A stretch of DNA of 64,000 nt from Candidatus Fermentibacterota bacterium (GCA_963845085.1 CAWJQI010000004.1:672001-736000), one strand, 5' to 3'; positions 36,270 through 46,634 are shown, counted from the stretch's first letter. Notes: generated from the letters alone by a model not told the origin. Program-made: numbers and translations.

Positions 36270-39200
36270 CACACTCCAGCTTCGCCTTCTTCGCAAGCTT
36301 CGTGCCGAACACCACGTAAATGCAGGGTTCCACGAGCAGAGTGAGGACGGTTGCTGCGACCATGCCGAAGATCACGGTGACGGCCATGGGTGCCCAAGAC
36401 TCGGCGCCCTCGCCAATCCCCAGCGCAAGGGGCACCATGGCGAGGATCGTGGTGAGTGCCGTCATGAGTATGGGGCGCATCCTTATGCGGGCGGCGTCGG
36501 TCACGGCTTCCTCAATGCTGCGCGCCCCCTTTCGGAGGAGCTGGTTTGCGTAGTCAACGAGAACAATGCCGTTGTTCACAACGATGCCGGCCAGCATGAG
36601 CACTCCGATCAGCGACATGACCGACAGCGGGGTTCCCGTGATAAGCAGACCGAGGACGACGCCGATGATCGACATGGGAACCGTGAAGATGATGATGAAC
36701 GGCTCCAGAAGAGACTCGAACTGGCTCGCCATGACCATGTAGACAAGAAGGGCCGCAACCACGATCGCGATGCCCAGGTAGAGGAAGGTTTCCTGCTGGT
36801 CCTTCATGTCGCCGCCGAACTCAACTCTGAGGTTGTTTACGTTGGCCTCTTCAACAACGCTCCGCACATCGGCGGCCACCTGTCCAAGGCTCCGCCCCGC
36901 AACGTCGCAGTTGATGGTGATCGAGCGCTGCTGGTTGGTGCGCTGGATGCTGGTCGACACCATCCTCTCCATGAAGTTTCCCAGGTTTGAGGCGGGCACT
37001 CCTGCGACCGACAGGTATTCGAGGTCTTCCCGTGAATCCCTGAGGTACTCGGGGTAGTTGACGAGAATGTTGTACTCGTCGCCCTCCTCCCTCAGAACCC
37101 CGGCATTGCTTCCGCGCAGGGCCGTGCTCATCTCGGAGGCAACGAACGACGGGCTGAGCCCGTAAAGGGCAAGGGAGTTCACGTCCGGCCTGAAGGAGAG
37201 TTCGGGCATCATGTCCTCCATTGAGGTACTCACGTCCCTGACACCATCTATCTCGGCGATGGCGTCACGGATCCGTTCCCCTTCCGCGGCGAGCTGATCC
37301 AGATCATCGGAGAACACCTTCACCTCGATCGGGCTGCCGCCCATGAAGTTGCCTCCCGAAATATCGTATGTGAGCCCCGGAACCTCGTCGAGGACGGCCC
37401 TGATCCTCTCCTCGTATTCCTCCTGGGTGAGGCTTCTCTCGTTCACGGGGATCATCCGGAACATCATTTCGCCGGACCAGCTTCCCGATGAACCCCCGAA
37501 GACAGCCCCGATCCCATCCTCCTGGCCCACCTGCGCGTACCAGGTGATGAGGTCGCCCTCCGCGAACAGTTTTGGAAGGGTGTCTTCAAGCGCCCTTATC
37601 ATCGCATCGGTTTCATCGAGGCCCGTTCCGATGGGAGCAGTGAGGTCGATGCTGATGAATCCGTTGTCGTTCTCGGGGATGAACTCGGTCTTGAGCAGGG
37701 GGGACAGGGCAAGGCATACCACAAGCAGCCCCAGTGTCGAAAGGATGACGACCTTCCTCTTCTGGACCATCTTTACAGCCAGCCTGTGGTAGGCTTCCTC
37801 GCGGTCGTTGTACCACTTTTCAACACGCTCCCCGAGGCTGCCCTCCTTGTGCTTGGGCACAAGCCGGGCGGCAAAGGAGCTGAGCAGGGGGACCAGACTG
37901 AGGGCGACGAAGAGGGAAACGATCAGGCTGAAGACGATGGTGAGCACCATCTCCTTGAACATCTGGCCGGCGAGCCCCGGAACGAAAAGAATGGGCACGA
38001 AAACGGCCAGGGTGGTCAGGGTAGATGCCGTGATGGCCATCCCGACCTCCTGGGAACCGAGCACCGAGGCCGCACATGCGCTCTCCCCGAAGGTCCTGTG
38101 ACGGTAGATGCTCTCGAACACGACGATCGAGTTGTCGACCAGCATCCCCACCGCCAGTGCGAGCCCCGCGAGGGAGATCATGTTCAGGTCGACGTTGGAA
38201 AAATGCATGACCGCGAAGGTTGCAATTATTGACACGGGGATGGCCGCCCCGGTGATCAGCGAACCCCTGGCCGACCGAAGAAAGAACAGGAGCACAAGAA
38301 AGGTCAGGATGGACGCCTGAACCGCCGTGTTGGCGAGGTTCGAGATGGACTGCTGTATGAAGTCGGACTGGTCCCACATTATGTAGGGAACCACCTGCCC
38401 CGCATACTCGGCTTCGATCAGTTCGAGTTCCGCCCGTATCCCGTTGCAGACGTTTACCGTGTTGGCGTCGCTTCTTCTCTGAACGATTCCGAAAAGGGAC
38501 GGCTGGCCGTCCATTCTGATGTGCTGGGAAATCTCGGCCTCACCATCGATGATGTCCGCCACGTCGCGGAGGAGCACCGGCCCGTGCATGCCTCCACCGA
38601 CAACGAGCTGTTCGAGTTCCGGGACCCCGGAAATACTTGACTCAACGCGGATGCTCATGCTGAGCCCGCCCGTTTCAAGATCCCCGGCCGGCATGTCGTT
38701 CCTGACCTGGGCAATTGCGCCGGTCACCTGTGCAAGGGTGACTCCCGCGGCTGCAAGCCGTGCGGGATCGACTTCGACCTTGATCTCCCTGACCAGTCCG
38801 CCAAGCGTGCTCACCGAACCAACCCCGGGCTGCCTTGTCAGCCTGGGCTCGACCTCGTTCTCCAAAAGCTGCCTGAGGGCGAAATCATCGAGCAGGGGGC
38901 TGGAAAAACCAATGAACATGATGGGCTGAAGGCTGGGATCGAGGGCCAGCACAAGCGGATCGGAAGCATCCTCGGGAAGAAGGTCCTCGTACATGTCGAG
39001 CTGCCTTCGGATGTCGGTTTCCGCCTGGTCGAGGTCGTGCCCCCACTCGAATTCAGCCATGACCACGCTGATGCCGTTCGATGACGAGGATGTGATCTTT
39101 TTTACGCTCGCCACCCTGGATGCCGCTTCCTCGAGGGTGCTCGTAACCAGGTTCTCCATTTCCTCGGGGCCTGCCCCGGTCATGGAGCTCATTATGACGA

Positions 39201-39333
39201 TCATCGGGAACTGGACCTTCGGGTAAAGGTCGATGCCAAGCTGCGTCAGCCCGAAAAATCCGATTCCGAGCACGAAGATGAACACCATCAGAAAGGTTAT
39301 GCGCCGGCGGACCGATACACCTGAAAGGCTCAT
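36256..39333 (-). CDS. RND efflux transporter permease
   Basis: 1025 aa; GMLVDNSIVVFESI, GIVVNNGIVLVD and RMRPILMT motifs; resembles 14284-17352. Confidence 0.96.
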   Translation of the reverse strand: MSLSGVSVRRRITFLMVFIFVLGIGFFGLTQLGIDLYPKVQFPMIVIMSSMTGAGPEEMENLVTSTLEEAASRVASVKKITSSSSNGISVVMAEFEWGHDLDQAETDIRRQLDMYEDLLPEDASDPLVLALDPSLQPIMFIGFSSPLLDDFALRQLLENEVEPRLTRQPGVGSVSTLGGLVREIKVEVDPARLAAAGVTLAQVTGAIAQVRNDMPAGDLETGGLSMSIRVESSISGVPELEQLVVGGGMHGPVLLRDVADIIDGEAEISQHIRMDGQPSLFGIVQRRSDANTVNVCNGIRAELELIEAEYAGQVVPYIMWDQSDFIQQSISNLANTAVQASILTFLVLLFFLRSARGSLITGAAIPVSIIATFAVMHFSNVDLNMISLAGLALAVGMLVDNSIVVFESIYRHRTFGESACAASVLGSQEVGMAITASTLTTLAVFVPILFVPGLAGQMFKEMVLTIVFSLIVSLFVALSLVPLLSSFAARLVPKHKEGSLGERVEKWYNDREEAYHRLAVKMVQKRKVVILSTLGLLVVCLALSPLLKTEFIPENDNGFISIDLTAPIGTGLDETDAMIRALEDTLPKLFAEGDLITWYAQVGQEDGIGAVFGGSSGSWSGEMMFRMIPVNERSLTQEEYEERIRAVLDEVPGLTYDISGGNFMGGSPIEVKVFSDDLDQLAAEGERIRDAIAEIDGVRDVSTSMEDMMPELSFRPDVNSLALYGLSPSFVASEMSTALRGSNAGVLREEGDEYNILVNYPEYLRDSREDLEYLSVAGVPASNLGNFMERMVSTSIQRTNQQRSITINCDVAGRSLGQVAADVRSVVEEANVNNLRVEFGGDMKDQQETFLYLGIAIVVAALLVYMVMASQFESLLEPFIIIFTVPMSIIGVVLGLLITGTPLSVMSLIGVLMLAGIVVNNGIVLVDYANQLLRKGARSIEEAVTDAARIRMRPILMTALTTILAMVPLALGIGEGAESWAPMAVTVIFGMVAATVLTLLVEPCIYVVFGTKLAKKAKLECDAQE

Positions 39334-40400
39334 TATTCCACCACTTCCACGGGGCTTCCGTCAATGATGCTGTTCTGGCCCATCACGATGACGCTGTCGC
39401 CCGCGGCGATCCCCGACACTATTTCAACCATCCCGTGGCTTCTGATCCCGAGTGTCACTTCCCTGAGTTCCGCCCTTCCATCCTTCACCACGGCGAGTTG
39501 AAACCCCGTCCGGGTGCGGCGGAGCACGTTTTCAGAGTAGATGATGGCGTTCTCGGAAGTGCGCGTGACGATCGCCACCCTGCCGCTGAGCCCCGGTCTG
39601 AGCACACCCTCGGCGTCGTCGAACCTCACTTCGACAGATACAAGGCCGCTGAGCGGGTCCACGGAGGATGACACGGCGGTGACCACGCCCGGTACGGACA
39701 TGTTGTCGAGCGCACCGACCGTCACATATGCGGGTTGACCCTCGGCAAGGTTGAAGATGTCACGCTCCGGAAGGAGAACCCTCGCGAGAACGCCTCCGTT
39801 CCCCGTGATGGAAAGAAGCGGAGTGGCTCCTGTGGCACTGTTTCCGGCCCTGGCCCAGACCCTTCCGATCCTGCCGGAAAAAGGTGCGGCTATCCAGGCG
39901 TTGTCCCTGGCACTCCTGGCCTGCGTGTAGCCGGCCTGCGCCTGGGTCATCTGGGCTCTTGCCGCCTCGAGCCCTGTCCTTGCTGCGTCGATGTCCTGCG
40001 CACTCACCGCTCCGGCGTCGTACAGCGCCTCCAGCCTCTCGAAATTGGACTGGGCGTTTTCGTGGTTCGCCCTGGCGGCGCTGAGGGCCGCAAGTGCTGC
40101 GGAAGAGCCGGCTCCCGCCTGCTGGTCGGTGTCCATCTTCACAAGCCGCTGGCCGGCCTCGACATAGTCGCCTTCGGAGATTAAAAGCTCTTCCACACGC
40201 CCCGGCATGGAGGGGTAGATCAACGCCTCCTCGGCTCCTTCGAGCCTCGCACTTGCATACGATTCGGTGGAAATGCTTCCGGCCGTTGCGGTCTCGACCC
40301 TGATCCTCACAACCCGTTCAGCCGTCTCGTCGCCCTGGGGACCGCAGGCGGCCAGAAGCGTCAACATGGAGATGCAGCCCAAAGCAAGTGTCTTTTTCAT
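39333..40400 (-). CDS. RND adaptor (MFP) lipoprotein
   Basis: LAAC lipobox; ISEGDYV and IAAPFSGRI segments. Confidence 0.93.
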   Translation of the reverse strand: MKKTLALGCISMLTLLAACGPQGDETAERVVRIRVETATAGSISTESYASARLEGAEEALIYPSMPGRVEELLISEGDYVEAGQRLVKMDTDQQAGAGSSAALAALSAARANHENAQSNFERLEALYDAGAVSAQDIDAARTGLEAARAQMTQAQAGYTQARSARDNAWIAAPFSGRIGRVWARAGNSATGATPLLSITGNGGVLARVLLPERDIFNLAEGQPAYVTVGALDNMSVPGVVTAVSSSVDPLSGLVSVEVRFDDAEGVLRPGLSGRVAIVTRTSENAIIYSENVLRRTRTGFQLAVVKDGRAELREVTLGIRSHGMVEIVSGIAAGDSVIVMGQNSIIDGSPVEVVE

Positions 40401-40402
40401 TC

Positions 40403-41707
40403 CTACTCTTCTCCGCCAATGGCAAGAATGCCCATGGCAGCCGCAAGCCCGGCCTCGGCGGATTTCATTCCGTACAGGGCCGATGCGTAGTTCGTTCTGG
40501 CCTGTGTGTGTGCCAGGAATGCCTGGTCCATTTCCAGCCGGGTAATCAGCCCGGCTTCATATGAGACAACCGCAATATCCAGGGCTTCGCCGGCCAGTTC
40601 CACGGTTGCCGAGGCCGCGCCGACCGTCTCCCTTGCCTCGGCAAGCCCGTTCCAGGCCTGCACCAGCGCCAGCTCGGAGTATCTTTCAAGGTCTGCGGCC
40701 TGTGAATGCATGGCCATGCGATCCGATCTGGCTCCCCTGTAGCTCGCGTAGTCGGATATCCCCCGCACCACGGGGATCGAAACAGAGATGGAATGGGTGA
40801 GGTTTCTGCTGTAGATGGTGCGGTCGATGTCTTCGATCTCGTCAGCGCCGCCCTGGTACATCAGGGAAGTCTGGAAGGCGACCGTCGGACCGAACGCCGC
40901 AGTCGCATGCCTGACTCCCGCGTCACCGAGTTCGCGCAGGGTGCCGGCGGTTGCCAGCTCGGGGCTGTTCGCAAGCATGACGGTCCGTGCCTCTTCAAGG
41001 GAAGCGGGGAGGGTGACCGGAAACGGGTCGGTCAGCTCGCCCTCAACAACGATCGCTGCATCACAGCCGGTTCCGATGGATGCGGAAAGGTATGCACAGG
41101 CGTTCTCCAGACCGGAGGCCGCAGCTATCGAGTCGGGCTTCCTGTTTTCGTAGGCCACCTGGTTCTGGAGCAGCTCGAACCTGCTTATCGTGCCGGCGTT
41201 ATACCTTTCCTCGGCAAGCCTGTAGCCTTCCCTGGCGACTTCAAGGGCTTCGGTGGAAACGTCCAGCAGCATCTCGGAGAGAAGGACCCCGTAAAAGGCC
41301 GAAACAACCTGCCGGACCGCCCCGATTTCCGTCGAGGCAAGCGTGCTCTCCGACAGGTCCCGGTTGATGCCCGAAAGCGATGATCCCGAGATGGCCTGCG
41401 GTACGAACAGCGGCACGGAAGCGGTGATCCCGTACTGGCTCTGGTATGTAGTGCCGGTGCTGATCTCGCCGACTCCGGGGATGGTGATTCCGGCAACATC
41501 CTCATTCTTCTGGTACACGAGCATCGCGCTCACCTGGGGAAGGAACCACGTTGAGGCGGCCCTGCTGCTCCATCGTGAGCTTTCCAGGGTTTCCCTGGCG
41601 GCGGAGACGTCTCCACGGTTTGCAAGCGCGATTTCCACCGCTTCGGGCAGTGTGAGGGCCAGGACCGGGCCGGACAGGCCCAGAAGGATCAAGGCTGTTC
41701 TAATCAT
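40403..41707 (-). CDS. TolC family outer membrane efflux protein
   Basis: LTLPEAVEIAL plus two OEP repeats (RYNAGTISRFEL; SYEAGLITRLEM). Confidence 0.92.
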   Translation of the reverse strand: MIRTALILLGLSGPVLALTLPEAVEIALANRGDVSAARETLESSRWSSRAASTWFLPQVSAMLVYQKNEDVAGITIPGVGEISTGTTYQSQYGITASVPLFVPQAISGSSLSGINRDLSESTLASTEIGAVRQVVSAFYGVLLSEMLLDVSTEALEVAREGYRLAEERYNAGTISRFELLQNQVAYENRKPDSIAAASGLENACAYLSASIGTGCDAAIVVEGELTDPFPVTLPASLEEARTVMLANSPELATAGTLRELGDAGVRHATAAFGPTVAFQTSLMYQGGADEIEDIDRTIYSRNLTHSISVSIPVVRGISDYASYRGARSDRMAMHSQAADLERYSELALVQAWNGLAEARETVGAASATVELAGEALDIAVVSYEAGLITRLEMDQAFLAHTQARTNYASALYGMKSAEAGLAAAMGILAIGGEE

Positions 41708-42305
41708 TCTCTCTGTCACCCTTTTCGCATTTTATGCCATTGAAGACCATGTCCGTAACTTCTTCAACAAGCCGTTCCATCAGCCTGTCGTTCGAGGTGT
41801 CGACATGCTGTTTCTCAAGGGCGCCCTCGATCACCGAGGCCAGCACAGCAAGCACCAGGCCGGGCTTGATGTCGGGCCTTATCTCACCCTTTTGCACAGC
41901 CCTGTCGAAAACCGGCTGAAAGACTTCCTGGAAAAACCTCTTGCCCGACACCTCCATGTCCGACAGCCTCCAGCTCTCCTGCAGGAGGTTGTCCCATGCC
42001 TCGGCATACCTTGTGTTCTCGCGCTGGAGCCTCAGGCGGGTCAGCATGAACTTTCTCAGCGCCTCACGAACGGTGATGTCGGGCGGGAACACCCCCCTGA
42101 AGGTTTCCCTTGCGATGTCGAACATGTGGTCAACGAGAGCGGTATAGAACCCGCTCTTGCTGCCGAAGTAATAGTATACCATTGGTTTGGTGACACCGCC
42201 GAGGGCGGCCACCTCTTCCATTTTGATATCGGTGAACCTTTTTCTGGAGAGGAGCTCGACTCCGGAGTCAAGAAGCTTCTCGCGGTTCCCCAATGGATCT
42301 GCCAT
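41700..42305 (-). CDS. TetR/AcrR family regulator
   Basis: EEVAALGGVTKPMVYYYFGSK helix-turn-helix. Confidence 0.93.
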   Translation of the reverse strand: MADPLGNREKLLDSGVELLSRKRFTDIKMEEVAALGGVTKPMVYYYFGSKSGFYTALVDHMFDIARETFRGVFPPDITVREALRKFMLTRLRLQRENTRYAEAWDNLLQESWRLSDMEVSGKRFFQEVFQPVFDRAVQKGEIRPDIKPGLVLAVLASVIEGALEKQHVDTSNDRLMERLVEEVTDMVFNGIKCEKGDREND

Positions 42306-42322
42306 CGAACCTCCACGCTTTC

Positions 42323-42366
42323 TTACTTACCCGTAAGTAACATACGCCGGGGTTACCGACTGTCAA
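42323..42366 (-). promoter_or_regulatory. Promoter with a perfect palindromic TetR operator
   Basis: TTGACA-16 bp-TATGTT on the minus strand. TTACTTAC-CC-GTAAGTAA (42323-42340) overlaps the -10/start region. Confidence 0.75.
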
Positions 42367-42475
42367 GAAAGGGGAACGCTTTTGGCGGGCATGTGCTATA
42401 TTAACAGTTAATGCCTCTTGAACCGTTTCATGAAATGCCCGTGTGACGGGCGCTACCTGATTGGGGACCAAACCG

Positions 42476-44494
42476 ATGAAGTTCTTTCTCCTGGCCCTCG
42501 CGGCTGCAACAACGTATGCCGCTTCGTATCAAATCCAGTTCTCCCTGGATCCCTCCGTGGTTGAAACAATGGATTTCAGGGGAGAGACGGTCCTGTTCAT
42601 CCCGGGAGGGGCCATCGCATTCGAAAACGGTCTCCCTTCCCTTCCTGCCGTTTCCCACAGTTTTGTAATACCCCAGGGCGAGACCCTGGAAAGCGTTACC
42701 GTCGAGGTGGTCTCCTCCGAAAACCTTGGCACGTTCCAGATCGCTCCGGCATTCACCGGCCCACTGTCCGCCCCGATCCCCTCAATGATCGAGCGCTCAT
42801 CAGTCTACAGCGGCTTTGAGCCTTTCCCGGCCGATCGGATCCTGGGTTTCCAGACCGGAAACAAATCCGGCTTCAGGGTGGCATCGTTCGATTTTTCGCC
42901 ATTCTCCTGGAACCCGTCCAACGGCTCACTCACCCTTGTCACCAGCGCTGTCGTCACCATGACAACCATTGCCGATCCCTCGGTTGAACGCCTTGCCCTG
43001 TCCCCCCGCCAGGTGGAAACGGCTGCTTCAGGGCTTTCCGGGATAGTCGACAACCCTGAAATGCTCGCTTCCTGCGCACCGGAAACCCGCGGCACCGACG
43101 GCCCGGTGTGGGTTGTTATCGCCGACGAGGAACATGAGAGCATTCTGGCTCCCCTTGTGAACCACAGGCTTGCCACTCACGGTTCGGCCACGCTTCGAAC
43201 CCTTCAGTGGATCTACGCCAACTACACCGGTGCCGACACGCAGGAACAGATCAGGAACTACCTGATCGACGCCTTTGAGAACCAGGGCCTTGTGTACGCC
43301 CTCATCGTCGGTGATTTCGGCGAGACTAACCGGGTGAGCAGCCTCAACATCAGCGGCAACGTGCTCAACTCCACGTCCGACCTTTACTACAGCGATCTTG
43401 ACGGCACCTGGGACGGAAACGGCAACAGCCTCTACGGCGAGCTCTCCGACGGGCTCGACTATCTCTCGGACATCTATGTGGGGCGTTTCAGCACCGACGT
43501 TCCCTCCAGAATAACCACCATGGTTGACAAGACCATCGCCTATGAAACAACCGCCCCTCAGGGCGCATGGCGCACCACCGCGCTTCTCGCCGGCGCGGGC
43601 CTCTGGCCCGAATCAAGCTACTGGGGAAGCTTCATCTGCGACACCATCGCCGCAAGGATCCCCTCCAGCTGGACCATTCACAAGCTCTACGAAACCTACG
43701 CAAGCCATCCCAACAACCAGATCGACCTCGTCAACCTTGGAGTCTCCTTCGCAGCCCCGCAGGGCCACGGCTTCAACAACGGCGTTTTCTGGTACTACAA
43801 TGAACCCACCGACATATTCAGCTCGGCCAACTACACCGGCATGACCAACATTGACATGCTCCCAGTCTTCCACAGCATCGCCTGCCTTGCAGGCAAGCTC
43901 TCCTCGCCGGCATGCATCGCCGAAAGGCTCATGTTCCTCACCACCGGCGGAGCGGTTGCCGTGATGTTCAACAGTGACAACGGGTGGGGCAGCCCTCCGA
44001 ACATGGGTGCGAGCGAGTGGCTTGAGCTCTTCTTCGCCGACGAGCTCTTCGTGAACAGCCAGAACGAGATCGGCGTGGCCCAGGCCCTCGCGAAGGATGC
44101 CTTCAAGGTGGGTCCCGGCGTTCCGATGAAGTTCTGGGTTATCCAGGAGAACAACCTTCTCGGCGATCCGGCTCTTCTCTTCGCCCCGGCCCAGCTGGGT
44201 GTCGAGGAAGGTGAGGGATGGGTACAGGATTCCAGCCCGATGCTTGGAAGCCCCTACCCCAACCCCGCCAGGAACGGTGCATCGCTCACCCTTACAATGC
44301 CGGTTCAGGGCGTCGCCGAACTCACGTTGTTCGACATCTCGGGGCGTGCTGTCAGAAGCCTTGGCAGGGAATCCCTCACACCTGGTGCCCATACATTCCA
44401 GGTGAACACCGCCGGCCTTCCCGCCGGGCTTTACAAGGTCGTTGTCGAGACGGTTTCGGGAATGGACGCTGCTTCCCTCGTTCTGCTTCCCTGA
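42476..44494 (+). CDS. C25 (gingipain-like) cysteine peptidase with propeptide and T9SS-like CTD
   Basis: Signal peptide; LIVGD, SDLYYSDLDG, VGRFS, catalytic GHG and IAC, NLLGDPAL; YPNP...FDISGR CTD. Confidence 0.92.
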   Translation: MKFFLLALAAATTYAASYQIQFSLDPSVVETMDFRGETVLFIPGGAIAFENGLPSLPAVSHSFVIPQGETLESVTVEVVSSENLGTFQIAPAFTGPLSAPIPSMIERSSVYSGFEPFPADRILGFQTGNKSGFRVASFDFSPFSWNPSNGSLTLVTSAVVTMTTIADPSVERLALSPRQVETAASGLSGIVDNPEMLASCAPETRGTDGPVWVVIADEEHESILAPLVNHRLATHGSATLRTLQWIYANYTGADTQEQIRNYLIDAFENQGLVYALIVGDFGETNRVSSLNISGNVLNSTSDLYYSDLDGTWDGNGNSLYGELSDGLDYLSDIYVGRFSTDVPSRITTMVDKTIAYETTAPQGAWRTTALLAGAGLWPESSYWGSFICDTIAARIPSSWTIHKLYETYASHPNNQIDLVNLGVSFAAPQGHGFNNGVFWYYNEPTDIFSSANYTGMTNIDMLPVFHSIACLAGKLSSPACIAERLMFLTTGGAVAVMFNSDNGWGSPPNMGASEWLELFFADELFVNSQNEIGVAQALAKDAFKVGPGVPMKFWVIQENNLLGDPALLFAPAQLGVEEGEGWVQDSSPMLGSPYPNPARNGASLTLTMPVQGVAELTLFDISGRAVRSLGRESLTPGAHTFQVNTAGLPAGLYKVVVETVSGMDAASLVLLP

Positions 44495-46162
44495 TCAGAA
44501 CAGCCCGGTAACCTCGCCTGCGGCGGAGATCTCCATGGTCTCCGCCGCCGGTGTTTTCGGCAACCCCGGCATCCTCATGATGTCGCCCGTGATGGGCACC
44601 AGGAAGCCCGCTCCTGCGCTGATCACTATCTCCCTGACCGTAACGATGAAATCCTTGGGCCTTCCCAAAAGGTCGGGGTTGTCCGACAGGGAGTTCTGGG
44701 TCTTTGCGATGCAGACCGGAAGACCGGCATACCCGAACTTCGTGAGAAGGGCGAGGTCATCCCTTGCATCGGGCGTGAAATGAATGTGGGAGGCCCCGTA
44801 TATCTCCCTGGCAATGATACCGATCTTGTCCTCCACCGGAAGTTTCCAATCATAGAGAGGCTTGAAGCTCTTTCCGGGGCATCGGGCTGAATCCATGACC
44901 TTGGACGCAAGGTCGGTCATGCCTTCGCCGCCCCTCAGGTAGCCTTCGCCGAGGGCAACGGGAATCCCGAGTGCAGCACATCGTTCAGTGACTACCTGAA
45001 GCTCCTCCGGCGTGTCGCCGGGAAAACGGTTGAGGCAGACCACTGCAGGCACATGGAATTTGCCGATGTTCTCAATGTGTTTCTCGAGGTTCGCAAGACC
45101 CCTGTGGACGGATTCGGGATCGGTGATCGACAGGTCTTTCTTCTTCACACCGCCATGCATCTTCAGGGCCCGGCAGGTGGCGACAAGAACAACTGCGCAG
45201 GGCGCGAATTCCCCGTAGGGGCAGGTGATGTCGAAGAACTTTTCCGCCCCGAGGTCGAAGCCGAACCCTGCCTCGGTGACAGTCCAGTCCGCATGCGCCA
45301 TGGCCATGCGGGTGGCAATTATGGAGCTGCATCCGTGAGCGATGTTCGCAAAGGGGCCGCCATGCACGAAGGCCGGCGATCCTTCGATGGTCTGGACCAG
45401 GTTCGGCCTGATCGCATCCTTCAAAAGGAGGGTCATTGCGCCGGCGACACCAATGTCCTTCGCCATCACGGGCTGGCCTGAACTGGTATACCCGACCAGC
45501 ATCCGGTCGAGCCTTTCATGAAGGTCTTCCAGGCTGCGGGAAAGGCAGAGGATTGCCATGACCTCGCTGGCTGCCGTGATGTCGAACCCTGTCTCCCGCG
45601 GAACTCCCTGCCTTCTCCCCCCAAGACCTATCACGGCGGAGCGCAGTGATCTGTCGTTCATGTCCATGACCCTGCGGAGGTTCACCGTGCGCGAATCGAG
45701 CCCCGAAGGACTTCCCCAGTAGAGATGGTTGTCCAGCGCCGCCGCCAGCAGGTTGTGCGCGGCACCGACGGCGTGGATGTCACCAGTGAAGTGAAGGTTT
45801 ATGTCCTCCGCCGGGACGACCTGCGAATACCCGCCTCCGGCTGCTCCTCCCTTCATGCCGAAAACCGGTCCCAGTGATGGTTCCCGGATGGCGCAACACG
45901 CGGATTGCCCCAGTTTTTTCAGCCCGTCGGTCAGACCGATCGTGGTCGTTGTCTTCCCTTCGCCGGCCGGAGTCGGCGTGATGGCGGACACCAGGATGAG
46001 GGTGCCCGGCGTACCCGATCCCGTTGCATCGAGGTCGACCTTGGCCTTGTACCTGCCGTAGTTCACCAGGTGTTCCGGGGATATGCCGAGAACCCCTGCG
46101 ATCTCTTCTATCGGCCGCATTTTTACACCCGCTGCGATCTGTGAATCGGTTGGAAAAGCCAT
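44495..46162 (-). CDS. fhs: Formate--tetrahydrofolate ligase
   Basis: TPAGEGKTT, GGAAGGGYSQV, INLHFTGD, HGGPFANIAHG and MPGLPK motifs. Confidence 0.98.
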   Translation of the reverse strand: MAFPTDSQIAAGVKMRPIEEIAGVLGISPEHLVNYGRYKAKVDLDATGSGTPGTLILVSAITPTPAGEGKTTTTIGLTDGLKKLGQSACCAIREPSLGPVFGMKGGAAGGGYSQVVPAEDINLHFTGDIHAVGAAHNLLAAALDNHLYWGSPSGLDSRTVNLRRVMDMNDRSLRSAVIGLGGRRQGVPRETGFDITAASEVMAILCLSRSLEDLHERLDRMLVGYTSSGQPVMAKDIGVAGAMTLLLKDAIRPNLVQTIEGSPAFVHGGPFANIAHGCSSIIATRMAMAHADWTVTEAGFGFDLGAEKFFDITCPYGEFAPCAVVLVATCRALKMHGGVKKKDLSITDPESVHRGLANLEKHIENIGKFHVPAVVCLNRFPGDTPEELQVVTERCAALGIPVALGEGYLRGGEGMTDLASKVMDSARCPGKSFKPLYDWKLPVEDKIGIIAREIYGASHIHFTPDARDDLALLTKFGYAGLPVCIAKTQNSLSDNPDLLGRPKDFIVTVREIVISAGAGFLVPITGDIMRMPGLPKTPAAETMEISAAGEVTGLF

Positions 46163-46176
46163 GGTTTCCTTTCTGC

Positions 46177-46410
46177 CTAGAAGCCGTTCGTACTGGTCTT
46201 CTCCGGCGGTTCGACAGGGATCCGCTCGCGCGAGGGGTACACCACTTCCTCCAGCGTGGCCCCGGCGGGCAGACCGAACGCGGCCAGGGGAATCACGGCA
46301 AATGCTGGAACCCCCCCGATCCTGCCGGATACCACACATTGAGGCGTACCGGACGATTCGGCACGCTGTCTTGCTTTCTCCAGGGCAGATGTTCTTTCGT
46401 AAAGGATCAT
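46177..46410 (-). CDS. Small hypothetical protein (77 aa) upstream of fhs
   Basis: GGAGG RBS; ends 14 nt before the fhs start. Confidence 0.65.
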   Translation of the reverse strand: MILYERTSALEKARQRAESSGTPQCVVSGRIGGVPAFAVIPLAAFGLPAGATLEEVVYPSRERIPVEPPEKTSTNGF

Positions 46411-46467
46411 GCCGCCTCCCTGATCATATCATGGGCATGAACAGGCAAACGGGCAAGAAAGGGTTGC

Positions 46468-46602
46468 ATGAAGAAGACCGCGGTTCTGCTTCTGGTCCTT
46501 CTGCTTCTTTCCGCAGGATGCATTCCGGGGGATGGCGGGGGTTGAGGCGCGCTTCGGGCTTCAAGGGTTCTTGAGCCGGAAACGACGGAAACCACGGAGT
46601 AG
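46468..46602 (+). CDS. Candidate mini-selenolipoprotein (44 aa; 25 aa if UGA is a stop)
   Basis: MKKTAVLLLVLLLLSAG-C-IPGDGGG-UGA-GALRASRVLEPETTETTE-TAG. Clear lipoprotein signal; SECIS-like hairpin after the UGA. Confidence 0.65.
46553..46581 (+). promoter_or_regulatory. Candidate bacterial SECIS hairpin
   Basis: UUC-G-GGC-(bulged U)-UCAAG-GGUU-CUUGA-GCC-G-GAA; loop +21..+24 after the UGA at 46543-46545. Confidence 0.6.
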
Positions 46603-46609
46603 GTTTGTG

Positions 46610-46634
46610 GGAGGGAGGGTGAGCCCCTCCCTCC
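46610..46634. terminator. Hairpin between convergent genes
   Basis: GGAGGGAGGG-TGAGC-CCCTCCCTCC. Confidence 0.65.

Noticed and set aside
46163..46339. N-terminal extension of Fhs in the ORF track
   Set aside because: Family similarity starts at MAFPTDSQIA (46162), and the extension overlaps a separate ORF with its own RBS.
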